64,000 nt of DNA, from positions 1-64,000 of IMG/VR virus record IMGVR_UViG_3300010149_000002; one strand, written 5' to 3'. The translations under genes were made by a program, and so were the position numbers. Origin of the DNA: a virus. The notes under the pieces are model-generated. The model was not told the DNA's origin, searched no databases, and was given only the letters and a program-made list of their open reading frames with translations. Positions 49,136-60,700 of this stretch are shown one piece after another; position 1 is the stretch's first letter; the number at the start of each line of letters is the position of its first letter.

Positions 49136-51970
49136 CTACTTTTTTCTTAAAAAATATTCTAATTCTTTTGGGTTTACATATAGTTTTTTACGATTATTTA
49201 GTATTTGCTTTTCAGTATCTATATTTTTATCTAAGATATCGTCTTTTTTTTCTTTTTCTATTAAAAAAGTCCTAATGTCTACATGATCAGGGTATTTATT
49301 TTGTTCTATTTTACCATCTTTAAAAGTTGTACCTCCCATAGTGGCTATTGTATCACTACCGTCAACAGGTTCCCCTTCTTTTATTATATTATTAGAATTG
49401 TGACCGTATGCAGCATATGTATAATATTCTTTGTCTCCTATCTTTATAGTATCTGGATTTTTTATTACAATAGAGTTACCATGTCCTTTAGAGTTTTGAT
49501 CTACGCCAGATAATACCACATTACCTCCAAACATTGGGTTGTATTGTATACCTTCTTTATCAGAGTCTAAATCTTTACTAGGAACATAATCATACCCTAG
49601 ATTAAATTTACCCTTATGGTTTGTGATTTCTCCAGTTTGAGTATCTATGTAATCTATATCTTTTGATCCATGTCCTAATCCTTTTTCTTTGTCTGCAGCA
49701 GTTAACCTTGCGTCTATATTTCCTAATCTAAAAGTCGGAGAATAATTTGCAGACTTAACCGTTCCTTCTAGATTTTTATTAATTTTTGTTCCTTTTCTAT
49801 TTATATCAAAGTTTACATCTTTGTTTAATATATCATCTACACTTTCATTATTAGTCTGGGTATATTCATTTAATTTCTTTTCCGTTTCATCCCCATATAT
49901 ACCGTCAACATTAGCACCTATTATATTTTGTATTTTGGCTATTTGCTCATTGTTTAGAGATTTTATTTTTAAAGAAGATTGTTCTGTTATTCCTTGAGGA
50001 CTTCTCTCTATGTCGTTTTGTTCTTTTTTTAAATCTATTCCATCTTCTTGTTGTAACATAGGGTCTACAGACATAAATTCACTTGATACGTTTTTTAGTT
50101 TTTTTTCTAAAAATTTTTCTAACTCCTTATACCCTTGGCTATTTTGTAGTATATGGGAATTTGCTTTAAGTAACCTTTTATCTTTTTTATTATCTAAAGA
50201 TCTTACCTGATTTGCAACTGGCTTAAACCTACCATTATCTAATTTTTCTATTTCATCTGCTGCTTTATTAAAGTTGGTATTAGGATCTTCCATCATTTTT
50301 TTATTTTGTTTTAATGCTCTATCCCTAAGTATTTTGTACTCTTCTTCAGTTAAAGGATCTCCTGATTCTTGTTTTTTTGCTATAGTCTCCATTGGTCCTG
50401 TTCTCTCTGCTGATAGAAATCCTAAAACCTCATCAGAGGCTGTTTGGTCTACTGCAATTTCCATTGCTTCTTCTTCAGTAGCACCTGCAGCAATGGCTTG
50501 ATCGTATGTTATCATAATACCAGCTCCTGCACCAATAAGAGGTAAAGCTTTTACAAAACCTTTTGCTAAGGTTCTAGCTGCATTGTAGCTTTTTCCAAGT
50601 ACGTCACCTGCTCTTACTCCTAAGTTTCTTAGAGAAGTAGAGTCTATTCCTATTTTCCTAGTAAGGTCAGACAAGTTATACCTATCAGCTAACTCTCTTG
50701 TCTTTTTTTCTAATATTTTTAATTTTTCAGGATCTTGGGTTGATTCTTCAATAAAAGCTTTAAATTTTTGATTTTTTACATCAGAAGATTTACTATCGTC
50801 TTCTAAAGATCTTAAAAAATTAGAAACGTCTATTTCTTTAGATTTAGAGTCTTTTGTTATGTTTGGGATAAGATCTTCCATGTCTATCGTACTTCTATAT
50901 GATTTATTGGCATTGTCGTACATTTCCGATTTTGCTTCACCTAATCCTTGTTTTATTCTATCAGAAATTATACTTTTTATATCTTGTTCTGCTTGTATAA
51001 TTTTATTATAAATTGGAGTTCTCTGTACCGCTATTGGCGATTGGTCTTTTACAGCCCTAATATTTTTTTGAAGGTTCTTTAATCCTTGTGTATCTAAATT
51101 GTCAAAATATTTTTTATCCAATTTCTCTATATCTATGGGTGTAAATTCTCCAGTTTTTATAGGAGTGCTTATTACTTTTCCAGAATCTATATCCAAAGAA
51201 GAGACTCTATTTGCTGCCTTTTTTTCTTTTATAGGACCAAATGATTTTATTTGACCTAACTCTTCGGCTTCCATTTTTATTTTATTTTGGATGGTTTTTA
51301 ACCTTTCCTTTGCTTCTTCTAACCCTGATTTTACTTGTTTTTTACTAACGATGTTATAATCACTTTCTGTTATCTTTTTGCTTTCTAGTAAATTTTGTAA
51401 CTCTGTTACAGATTTTTTAGACTCTTCAGTTGGTGCTTCTATTTCTAAAAGACCTTTTTGGATTTTGTTTAGAGTTTCATTGTAATTCTTTGGTCCAATT
51501 TTTTTATCCGTTAAGTTTATCAAAGATCCTATTTTTTTTGAAGACTCTTTCTTTTGTTTGTCTACTACATTTTTCCAATCTTTTGCGACATCTAATGATT
51601 CATCTAATATAGTTTCTCTAGTTTTTGAGGCATCTCCAAATAAACCTTTTCCTACTACGCTTTTTCCTTCTGCAGCGTATTTTGCTGATCCTGTTACATC
51701 TCCTACAAATGGTACTTGTCTACTGCCTTCCACAATAGTCGATCCTGTGTCTTCTAATCCTGCTCCTAATAGTTCTAGTATTTTTTGGCTTCCTTTACCT
51801 GCAGCATATCCTGTTGTACCTCCGAAAATAGGTCTTACTTCTGTAGGTAGCTGTTCTAATAAATTATCACTATTTCCATCTAATGGTAAATCTTCCCAAT
51901 CATCCTCTTGAGATTGGCTTTCAGATAATAGCGGAATATCTTCCCAATCATCTTTTTTATTGTCTTCCAT
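49136..51970 (-). CDS. Large ejection protein with peptidoglycan-binding and M23-like peptidase domains
   Basis: 'IQNIIGANVDGIYGDET' (PG-binding); H...GYDY, GHGNSIVI, YGH, MGGT, 'PDHVDI'. Confidence 0.7.
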   Translation of the reverse strand: MEDNKKDDWEDIPLLSESQSQEDDWEDLPLDGNSDNLLEQLPTEVRPIFGGTTGYAAGKGSQKILELLGAGLEDTGSTIVEGSRQVPFVGDVTGSAKYAAEGKSVVGKGLFGDASKTRETILDESLDVAKDWKNVVDKQKKESSKKIGSLINLTDKKIGPKNYNETLNKIQKGLLEIEAPTEESKKSVTELQNLLESKKITESDYNIVSKKQVKSGLEEAKERLKTIQNKIKMEAEELGQIKSFGPIKEKKAANRVSSLDIDSGKVISTPIKTGEFTPIDIEKLDKKYFDNLDTQGLKNLQKNIRAVKDQSPIAVQRTPIYNKIIQAEQDIKSIISDRIKQGLGEAKSEMYDNANKSYRSTIDMEDLIPNITKDSKSKEIDVSNFLRSLEDDSKSSDVKNQKFKAFIEESTQDPEKLKILEKKTRELADRYNLSDLTRKIGIDSTSLRNLGVRAGDVLGKSYNAARTLAKGFVKALPLIGAGAGIMITYDQAIAAGATEEEAMEIAVDQTASDEVLGFLSAERTGPMETIAKKQESGDPLTEEEYKILRDRALKQNKKMMEDPNTNFNKAADEIEKLDNGRFKPVANQVRSLDNKKDKRLLKANSHILQNSQGYKELEKFLEKKLKNVSSEFMSVDPMLQQEDGIDLKKEQNDIERSPQGITEQSSLKIKSLNNEQIAKIQNIIGANVDGIYGDETEKKLNEYTQTNNESVDDILNKDVNFDINRKGTKINKNLEGTVKSANYSPTFRLGNIDARLTAADKEKGLGHGSKDIDYIDTQTGEITNHKGKFNLGYDYVPSKDLDSDKEGIQYNPMFGGNVVLSGVDQNSKGHGNSIVIKNPDTIKIGDKEYYTYAAYGHNSNNIIKEGEPVDGSDTIATMGGTTFKDGKIEQNKYPDHVDIRTFLIEKEKKDDILDKNIDTEKQILNNRKKLYVNPKELEYFLRKK

Positions 51971-53306
51971 CTACTACTTCCTCTGTACCGTCACTATATG
52001 TTATTTTAGTTTTATCTCTTGAAGGCGAGTATTGTTTTTTAATAATACTATTTTTTTGTTTATCTTGGTACTCTTTTAGAGTAGGCTCTAATATAAAATC
52101 TTCAAGACCTTCTCCTCTTTTTAATTTTGTTTTCATTTGATTGTATTCGTTTAAAGATGCTTCTTGTTTTCTTATAAAATCTTTTAATTTATCTACATTA
52201 GTCTCTTCTGTGTTACCTAGATTAAACAAAGCTTTTTTCATACCCTCAACATCAGCATCAGTAGGCCTAACCTCTCCCATAGCTTTTAGCTCTGCTCTTG
52301 CTGCTCTTGTTGATAATGAGTCTAGTTTTTGTTTTAAAGAGCTTTCATCGGTATCAAAGAAAGATCCTATATCTCCCATTGTTTCTTCAAATGGTCCTGT
52401 TGACAGTTGTTTATTTTCGATTTCTCTTACTAAATCTCTTGCTATTTTTACGTTAGCTTCAATTTCAGGTTTTTGCACTTCAAGTTTACTATACCTATCT
52501 GCTATATTCTTTTCCATTTCCTCTTGTAGTTTTGTTTTTGTTTTATTAGAATTAATATTTGGTTTATTTTTTAACTGCTTTAGCTTTTCTTGTTTTATTT
52601 GTAGATCTAATTTATCACTATCGCTTGTTTTTTCTTTTTTCATACTAGAGTACATATTTTGCAATTTGGTTAATTGTTTTATTTTATTAGCTTTTTGTTC
52701 TTCAAATTGTTTTTTTCTTTGGCTTCCCCAATAATTAACTTTACCAGTTGATGGTAGAGTCGGTCTTTTAAGTGGAGTAGCAGCAGCTCCTATTGCAGTT
52801 AACCAGTTTAGTGCAGTGTCTGAGCCAGTATCTTCATACTCTTTATCTATCTCATCTTCCAATTGTCTAATTGCTTTTTTTCTTCTATCCTCGTATGATC
52901 CTCTTTTTTTTTCTTCTAAATTGTCCTCATACTGACCTTGTGCCAATCTTAGATCATCTAAAGACTCTTCTTTGCCCTGTACCATACCTCCATCTTGTAA
53001 TTGTTGAGGTTGTTGTTTTAACTTTACATACTCTCTTACCATATCTTCTATATTACTTTCTTTTGGTGCGTTTTCTGCTTCTACAATATCATTAACTTCT
53101 CTTTGTACCATTTGATTTTCCATTTGAGGATCTAATGGTATTTGTGGGGAATCCGGCATCATACCTTGCATCTCTCCTGCAAGTGCAGTATACATAGCAG
53201 ACTGTCTATCATCAGGACTAGCAAAATCTGTACCAAATTCATTGGTTTCATTCTCTGCTAAAATCTTTTCAAAATAACTTTTCATTTTATCGTCCATATT
53301 ATTCAC
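51957..53306 (-). CDS. Internal virion / ejection protein
   Basis: Helical coiled coil; position equivalent to T7 gp15. Confidence 0.6.
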   Translation of the reverse strand: MNNMDDKMKSYFEKILAENETNEFGTDFASPDDRQSAMYTALAGEMQGMMPDSPQIPLDPQMENQMVQREVNDIVEAENAPKESNIEDMVREYVKLKQQPQQLQDGGMVQGKEESLDDLRLAQGQYEDNLEEKKRGSYEDRRKKAIRQLEDEIDKEYEDTGSDTALNWLTAIGAAATPLKRPTLPSTGKVNYWGSQRKKQFEEQKANKIKQLTKLQNMYSSMKKEKTSDSDKLDLQIKQEKLKQLKNKPNINSNKTKTKLQEEMEKNIADRYSKLEVQKPEIEANVKIARDLVREIENKQLSTGPFEETMGDIGSFFDTDESSLKQKLDSLSTRAARAELKAMGEVRPTDADVEGMKKALFNLGNTEETNVDKLKDFIRKQEASLNEYNQMKTKLKRGEGLEDFILEPTLKEYQDKQKNSIIKKQYSPSRDKTKITYSDGTEEVVDGRQ

Positions 53307-54930
53307 CTAAAGCTTCTATTAATCTTTTTAAACCCTTTGACATTTTATCAGTATTATCTACCTTATCTTTTAAATCTTCTTGGTAATCACTAGGAACACC
53401 TTCTACAATGTCTTCATTTCCAAGTGCATCGGTATCTTCTTTACCTCTTAGAATGTCCATAAGTCTTTGTTGTTGTGCTACATTTAAAACGGCTTCACCA
53501 GAATTTAATCTAGCATCTACTCTATCTCTTTCAAAAGAATCCCCACCTACTACAGCACCATCTCCTGTAGAATTAAACATAATGCTTCCATCTTTTGCAA
53601 ATTGAGTACCTTCATAGATGCCGCCATCTTCTGCCATAAATGCATTACCAAACTCTACACCACCCATTGGTTGCATTATGTTCTGTGCATTCATTTGAGG
53701 TGCGTCTTGTAACTCTAAAGGAGATCTTTCTTGTTCTTGTGGTCCTAACATTTTTGCTAGTTCCCCTGCTGCTTGTATATCCTTAACTTGTTCATCTTTT
53801 TTTTCTTGCTCTTTTTCTTGTCTATTTTTCATAAACTCTTTTTCTGTCATCTTTCCAGAAGAAACTTGACCTGCTCCATATTTAGCATCCATTTCAGCTT
53901 CTGTCATTTTCTTTGGTGCCGCCTCATTTGCATAGTTTGTATTGTAACTATTTCCTTGCCAATCGAATTGTCCACCTGCACCTTGTTCTTTTCTTGCTTG
54001 TGCAAAAGCATCATTAAGTGCTAGTCCTCCATCTTCAAACCCAAGTGCACCACCTATAGCACCACCTGCTGAAGCACCTGCCATTGCACCTGCAGGACCT
54101 GCTGAAGCACCTAAAATACCACCTGCTACTGTACCAAGCATTTGTCCTGTACTTGGACCTTGTGGAGTATTAGCAGCAATTTGACTCATATTATTAGCAA
54201 TGCCACCTTGACCAGTAGCTTTAGACAATTCATTTTGAAAATTTTGTTGAGCAATTTGATTACCAACTTGTGACTGTTGGTTTGCAATAGCTGCTCTTTG
54301 GTTTTCTATATTTTGCTGTGCTCCTAAATTCATTCTAGCTGTTCCTGCTCTTTGTGCAGCATTAAACTGAGATATCCTATCTCTAGCACTTGCTAAATTA
54401 GTTTGTCTTGCCATATCCTGTTGACTCATCTGTCCTGCCATCCCAGAAGCTCTATTAATAGCATCTCTTCTTCTTGAGGATACATCTGCTGCCATTTGTT
54501 CTGACTGTCTTCTAGCGTCTGAGCTTTGTTGTGCATTTGCTTGTAACTGAGCAAGCAAAGATGATCCAGAGTCTAGATTACCACGTTGAGCCATAGATTG
54601 CAATATTTGTTTTTGAGCAGCTTGACCTTGTGCCGCACTTTCTCTAAGCATTTCAGCTCTCTGTGCTCTTTCTTCAGGAGTAAGTCCTACTTCTCCAGTT
54701 TCCTGCATCTGTCTTAGTGCATCCATTTGAGCTTGTTTTAGAGATTGGTCCTCTTGTATTTCATCAAATGATGTCCCTTCCATTTCTTCAGCATCAAGTA
54801 AACCAACAAGTTCAGGAGATTGTAGTAAATACTCCTCTAACTCAGGCAAGTCAATGGCATCTAATCTTGCCATTTGTCTTTTTTGTTGTTTCATTGCCGC
54901 TTTATTAGGGTCTTTTGATTTACCGCCCAT
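53299..54930 (-). CDS. Internal virion / ejection protein
   Basis: MGGKS start, Gln/Ala-rich, Gly/Ala hydrophobic hairpin. Confidence 0.65.
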   Translation of the reverse strand: MGGKSKDPNKAAMKQQKRQMARLDAIDLPELEEYLLQSPELVGLLDAEEMEGTSFDEIQEDQSLKQAQMDALRQMQETGEVGLTPEERAQRAEMLRESAAQGQAAQKQILQSMAQRGNLDSGSSLLAQLQANAQQSSDARRQSEQMAADVSSRRRDAINRASGMAGQMSQQDMARQTNLASARDRISQFNAAQRAGTARMNLGAQQNIENQRAAIANQQSQVGNQIAQQNFQNELSKATGQGGIANNMSQIAANTPQGPSTGQMLGTVAGGILGASAGPAGAMAGASAGGAIGGALGFEDGGLALNDAFAQARKEQGAGGQFDWQGNSYNTNYANEAAPKKMTEAEMDAKYGAGQVSSGKMTEKEFMKNRQEKEQEKKDEQVKDIQAAGELAKMLGPQEQERSPLELQDAPQMNAQNIMQPMGGVEFGNAFMAEDGGIYEGTQFAKDGSIMFNSTGDGAVVGGDSFERDRVDARLNSGEAVLNVAQQQRLMDILRGKEDTDALGNEDIVEGVPSDYQEDLKDKVDNTDKMSKGLKRLIEALGE

Positions 54931-55268
54931 TATAAAATCTCCTCAATATTAAGTACATAATTATTATAATTTTCATTCTTTCCTATTTTTTTAAATCCAA
55001 ATTTTAACATAAGTCTTTCGCTGTTTTCCCATCCATTAGTATCTTCATCAGTATATCCATATGCCGTTTTAATACCTCTTTCATACATGTTAGTATAAAA
55101 ATCTTTAACAAATTCTAACATTTCACCTGTACCTCTTGCTTCTGAACTTGAGTATATGTCTAATACAGATACTTCATTTCCGTATATTTTGTATGTTATA
55201 AAGCAATTATCATTCCAGATACACTCTTTATCTTCTCTTTCTTTTATGTAATCAGCATATAATTTCAT
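54930..55268 (-). CDS. GNAT-fold protein among the virion genes
   Basis: 'DIYSSSEARGTG', 'S.RLMLKFGFK'; position like T7 gp13. Confidence 0.6.
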   Translation of the reverse strand: MKLYADYIKEREDKECIWNDNCFITYKIYGNEVSVLDIYSSSEARGTGEMLEFVKDFYTNMYERGIKTAYGYTDEDTNGWENSERLMLKFGFKKIGKNENYNNYVLNIEEIL

Positions 55269-55269
55269 A

Positions 55270-57282
55270 TTATTTCTTATATCTATTTATAATTCTATCA
55301 AATGCATCAAAACCTGATACTTCGTCTTTGTCTAAATAGTCTCTTGTTTGTATAAGATCTTGTTCATTTTGTAGTTCTTTTAATTTATTGATTCTATCAA
55401 TTTGACTTTGTTCAAATCCATAACTTTGATCTTCTTGTAAATCTTTACCTGCTAAAATATCATCTATATTTCCGCCATATTTCTTTTCCATTTTAGATCT
55501 TATCATATCTTCGGAGTTTATACCAGATAATCTTTCATTTATCATATCTAAAGCGGCTTGTGCTGAACTTTGTCTAATTCTTCTTGAGTTCCTATTAGTA
55601 CCTGCTCTTCTTGCACCTTCCCAAAATTTATTTCTAATGTCATCAGTATTAATTCCAAGATCGCTTAACTTATATTGATTAGCTAATTGATCAAAAGCAT
55701 CTGCATCTAGTTTTACCCTAGCACTTAGGTGATCGGTAGGTTTACCATATATTTTTTTTCTCCTAGATCCCCCTGCTCCTTGAGAAACCCATTTAGTTCC
55801 AGTAACAGGTCTAATATCAGTTTGATCAAATGCTCCTCTAAATACATATCCTCTATTCGTATATTGATTTAAGGCATTTGCAAATGAGTTTAAATCTTTA
55901 AATGCTCCACCTGCCTGAGAACCTTGCATTGCCTCTATTGCTGCCCTAGCTTCATCTTGCTCTCTTTGTATTTCAGCAGCTCTATCAGCGATAAACTGTT
56001 CTCTTTGACTAGCAGCATCAGCCTGTAGTCCTTCTATTGCTGATTGTCTATAGTTTTCTAAGTTAGACCCTAGATTAGAAGCACCATATTGTAATTTTCT
56101 AAAAGCATCTTGTGCTTGGCGTTTACCTTGGTCTACCTCATTAAATGCAGACATACCTGCTTGTCTTACATCTTGTGACAATCTTTCCGATGCTTCAGGA
56201 CTACCTGATATAAGTAAGTTATCTAATGATTGAGCACCTTGTGTATATTGTTTATTTGCACCAAATACATCCCTTAGTATTTGTCTCCTTCCTTGCTCTG
56301 TGTCAACAGCTTGTGCTTGGTTTCTAAGTCTTTCTGCTGCAGTTAATTGAGGGTTCACGTTTATAAGTTGTGTTCCCTCTCCAATTTCTTTAGCCATAGA
56401 TCCTAATTGATCAAATGAAGGTTGTGTATTTTGTTCTTCTGGTACAGGACTTGGTCTAGGAGCAGTCTTATCAGCATCTCCTATACGATATTGTCTATAT
56501 GTACTTGGATCAATGTCCTTGTATTGGTCAAACCAATTTCCTGTTAACCCATATGATTCCTCTATTTTTGATAAATTTTCTAGTGATTTATCATCTCCGG
56601 CTGTAAAATTAGATAAAGCATTATCCATATCTGCTCTATACTGATCATACTTATCTCCTAAAAAATCTTTTTGTGCATAATCTCTATGTTCACTTGAAAA
56701 TAAAGTAGGTCGATATGGTGCATGAAATACAAAATTACCATTTTTATCTTGAACTTGTCCTGATTTTGCAGTTTGACCGTATGTACTGGCTGTCCTTATT
56801 CCACGTCCAACTTGATCTTGAGTTGGAGCAATTAGTTGCTGTGGTTCACCAGTAGGTGGTGGTGTAGTGGGATTGACTATTTGGTCTACCTGAGTTTGTC
56901 CAATACCTCTTAATTTTTCTATTTCTTTTTGTTTATTTTGTATATTACCACTATATCTTTGTAAGGCACTTCCCATTTGTTTTTTGATAATGTCTGAAGT
57001 GTTGGTAAATTTCTTGGAAGCTGCACCTGCCATTTGTTGGGTAGCAGGTTTATTTTTTTCAATGTAATTTTGCACGTTAGTGAACATGCCTGAACTTGCT
57101 TTAGGCTTCTTTGTCGCTAGATTGGATTGTGAAGCCTCTTGTGGTGCAGGAGCACCTTGGTTATTGGCGACAGGTTGCGGTTGCTCAGATGGAGCCTGAG
57201 CGTCTTGTGAGCCTTCTTGCCCTGATAGAATGTCAGTCTTATTCTGCTTACCTTGCAGTCTCGGATCGTATTGAATCGACAT
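55270..57282 (-). CDS. Internal virion protein
   Basis: 670 aa, Gln/Ala-rich; first gene after late motif copy 6. Confidence 0.6.
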   Translation of the reverse strand: MSIQYDPRLQGKQNKTDILSGQEGSQDAQAPSEQPQPVANNQGAPAPQEASQSNLATKKPKASSGMFTNVQNYIEKNKPATQQMAGAASKKFTNTSDIIKKQMGSALQRYSGNIQNKQKEIEKLRGIGQTQVDQIVNPTTPPPTGEPQQLIAPTQDQVGRGIRTASTYGQTAKSGQVQDKNGNFVFHAPYRPTLFSSEHRDYAQKDFLGDKYDQYRADMDNALSNFTAGDDKSLENLSKIEESYGLTGNWFDQYKDIDPSTYRQYRIGDADKTAPRPSPVPEEQNTQPSFDQLGSMAKEIGEGTQLINVNPQLTAAERLRNQAQAVDTEQGRRQILRDVFGANKQYTQGAQSLDNLLISGSPEASERLSQDVRQAGMSAFNEVDQGKRQAQDAFRKLQYGASNLGSNLENYRQSAIEGLQADAASQREQFIADRAAEIQREQDEARAAIEAMQGSQAGGAFKDLNSFANALNQYTNRGYVFRGAFDQTDIRPVTGTKWVSQGAGGSRRKKIYGKPTDHLSARVKLDADAFDQLANQYKLSDLGINTDDIRNKFWEGARRAGTNRNSRRIRQSSAQAALDMINERLSGINSEDMIRSKMEKKYGGNIDDILAGKDLQEDQSYGFEQSQIDRINKLKELQNEQDLIQTRDYLDKDEVSGFDAFDRIINRYKK

Positions 57283-57313
57283 TAATTTATTCCCATTAGC
57301 TAATTGGTTATAT

Positions 57314-57329
57314 TACTATAGTTGTTAAA
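57314..57329 (-). promoter_or_regulatory. Late promoter motif (copy 6)
   Basis: Exact 16-mer. Confidence 0.8.
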
Positions 57330-57338
57330 ATAGTACGA

Positions 57339-57743
57339 TTAGTATACTATTGCTTTTATTAGAAACTTCTCATTTGCAGGTAAGTTACTGATATTATTAA
57401 CATTTATAACAGTACTACCTGTTGGTGTAAACGATATAAAGGGTTGTCCAGTAGGAAAACTACTTGGATTTGTTGTACTTCTTGCAGATATTACGCTAAA
57501 CCCTTGAATATTGGCTTTACCTACATTGATTTGTTTAGTTTGTGGAACTCCACTTGCATCAACTGATATCTCAAATTCTATAATAGATTGTTCAAGATTT
57601 TCAAAATCAAGTCCACCATTTAGTGCATCTGTAACTTCCCTCATAAAAGGATTTATACTAGAGGCTAATGTCTCAATCATTTGAGCATTTTCTCCTGCAT
57701 ATTCAGATGTTGAAATTCTTCTAAAACTATTTATCTTTGCCAT
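57339..57743 (-). CDS. Hypothetical tail protein
   Basis: 134 aa, directly after the nozzle-like gene. Confidence 0.55.
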   Translation of the reverse strand: MAKINSFRRISTSEYAGENAQMIETLASSINPFMREVTDALNGGLDFENLEQSIIEFEISVDASGVPQTKQINVGKANIQGFSVISARSTTNPSSFPTGQPFISFTPTGSTVINVNNISNLPANEKFLIKAIVY

Positions 57744-60700
57744 TATCTATATGCCCTATCTGATACTGCTCTAATGACTGTAGTTACACCAAGTATTCTA
57801 AATCCCTCTCTGGCTACTCCATGTTGGAACTTAACATTTAGATATCTTCCACGTTGCTTTTCTCTTGGTATAATATTCATTAGAGGTACATCGTTTCCAT
57901 TTCCACCCCAATATAAATCAGGATCACCGTAGAAGCCGGAAGAGTAATATCCGACTCCCTTCCCATTTTTCTCTATATCCACAAATCCTTGCGAGACATC
58001 AGAAGAGTATGATACGGTGGCTTTTGTAAAGTTATTTTGATCTAGAATTATAGTTCCCTTGCTAAATTGCTTTTGAGCAGATGGATCTCCAAAATGTAAT
58101 GGATTCCATTGAATTACTTTTTTAATTGCCTTATATACTTCGATATCCCCTTCAAAGAATCTAGGATCTACTAATACAAATATCTCATTAAGATCAGGTC
58201 TTATTTCGTTTTTACCATCTACAATAGATTCGTATTTTGTAAGTTGGTTTGTTTCTGTGTATGTTTTAAAGTCAGTACCACTTGATGCTCCGTTTAGTTC
58301 ACCAACTAATGCATTGTAGTTTGTTTGAATTGATTCTAAATTACTTAACCATGTATATGATGTTACTGAAATAGAATCTGCAATAAGTTTTAGATTTAAC
58401 TCTTCTAGCTTATCTGCAATGCTATCTCCGGCTTTAGTTTTTAGTGTATCTTCATAGTCGATGCTACTAACTCCACCATCTAAATCAAGCTTTGCTAATA
58501 AATTATTAAATATATCTATTGTTACATATTGACTTTGTACTAAAACATCTCCAATTTCAACATCAATAAAACTAGTCAGTCTTATTCTTTTATCTAATAT
58601 AGAATTATCTGGTATTTGTTTTGTAAAGTTTCTATCGGCATAGTCAGTTCTTGATCTATCTTTTCTTTCTTTTAAAAGATTAGGTCTAGTACCATCTCCT
58701 ATATATAAAACATTTTGTTTTCTAGAAACTCTTGCACTTGTTGCAGGTACAGTCCATCTAGTCCATGTTCTTTCATAGTAATTGTATCTATAACATTGTG
58801 TTGCATTATCATCTTCAGAAGTAGTAGGAAGCCATAGTATATATGCCTTATCGTTTTCATAAGCTAAACCAAATGTCTTTAATCTAAAGTCAACATCCGT
58901 TCCGGTTACTTCTAGTATTTTATTTTCTAGCGATCTTGATATAACACTAGATCCGCTTTCAGTAATAACAGATACGCCATCGTCCATTAGTGCGAATATT
59001 TGGTTATTTAAAACTACGGCACTATCTGGTGCTAATATATTGTTTGTGTTGTCTAATAACCTTACATTGAATGGTGCATTAAAACCAGTTAAAGTGTAAA
59101 CACCATCTGTTTTTAGAATGAATAAAGTATCTCTAAGAGCTAGGATTCTTTCTATTGGTTCATCTTTTCCACCAACATCTATAAAGTTTACAATAGGTAC
59201 TGCTTCAGGTTGTTGTAATTTAGAGTAATATATTCTATTAGGTCTTTCTTCGTTGTCTGAGTTTTGAGTTGCAGCAAAAAAGAAAGCGTCTAAAAAGTCT
59301 ATTGAACTACTATTGGTTATTGTAAAAGGGATATCAAAATAAAACGTACCAGATCCAACATCTTCTACCTTATTTACTACTTGAAATTTATTGTTTATAA
59401 TAGGATCGTTACTAGGATTGTTATCAGGAGCGTATATAAATATTTCATCTCCTATACTTAAACCATGTTCCGTACCTGTACTAATCCTAGTTACAGATGA
59501 ATCTAGAGGAGCCGAGGCAATGCCAGTTACGTCCTCGTTAATTACAGGAAGCTCAGGATTGAACTCAGCCCCTATGTCAGAACCAATTGATCCAACATTC
59601 TTAATGCCTATATAAAACGGTTTATCTTCTAAATCTTTATTTTCTAATAATACCAATCCCGGTAGATCATTTTCACCTGATAAGTAAGTTGCTCTCACTG
59701 GACTAGATACGTCCTTATTTATAATCCTTACAAATGATCTTGCTGTTTCTTCAATAGCTTGTCCTACTGATGGTAGAATTGACCATAGTACTCTATTTGT
59801 TGATGAATCTTCTCCTCTACCTTGTTGATTTACAGTTATTGTCCAAGTTGATCCTCCTCCTCCTGTTCCAGATGTGTCTTCTAAATCAGTTGAAGAGTTA
59901 TCAGTTTGTAAAACTCCGTTAGAATCAAGAACTGAATTAGGCGTACTTGTGTCAATTGTGTCTCCATTATTTACGTTTGTTATTGTTACTGTGTCTACGT
60001 TATCATATGTTATGTTAAAGTCGCCAAACTCTAATAGTGCTAGTTCTAGATACTGACCTACATTGTCTCCTGCAACAATACCATCCGCACTAAGATCTAC
60101 TCTGATAGAAGTAGCAGCATCGATAAAAGGGTTAACACCTGTTCCCTTATCAAACCAAATATAATACTTTCTTTCGTTGTTTGCAGAGTTAATTATAATA
60201 TATGAATCGTTTGCATTTGTTTCAAGAGTATTTGCAACAGTGTCACAGACTATTTCAGTTACTTCTTGTTCACCTTGGAACACATATTCTCTAGCAACAT
60301 CCTCATTACCGACAACAATACTTGTTTCTTCATCCCCAAAGTCATCTACAGATACAAATGTAAATTGGTTTCTGTGAAATGTTTTTGTGTTAGAATAGAA
60401 TGTATAGTTATTAAATGTTTCAATGTCTTTTGCAATAGGCGGCACATTATTTGCTTGTAAAATACCTTGTCCTGATATTGGATTATTGTATAGTGGAGTA
60501 CCTGTGTCTCTAAAAGAATTAGGAGTTTGGTCTGTTATTGTAATTGTTGATCGTGCTGATTGCGTAACAGGTTGTTCAAATACTAAGTTACAATCTTCAC
60601 CCGGATCAATATCGTTTATGTCAAGTCCTTGTGATACTGTAATGACACTTGTTCTATATACTTGTACAAAATAATCTGTTGTTACTCCATCTGGTATAAT

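Noticed and set aside
29448-54870. Additional sigma-54-like sites at 29448, 33542 and 54854
   Set aside because: GG-to-GC spacing is off by one or two bases, which sigma-54 does not tolerate.
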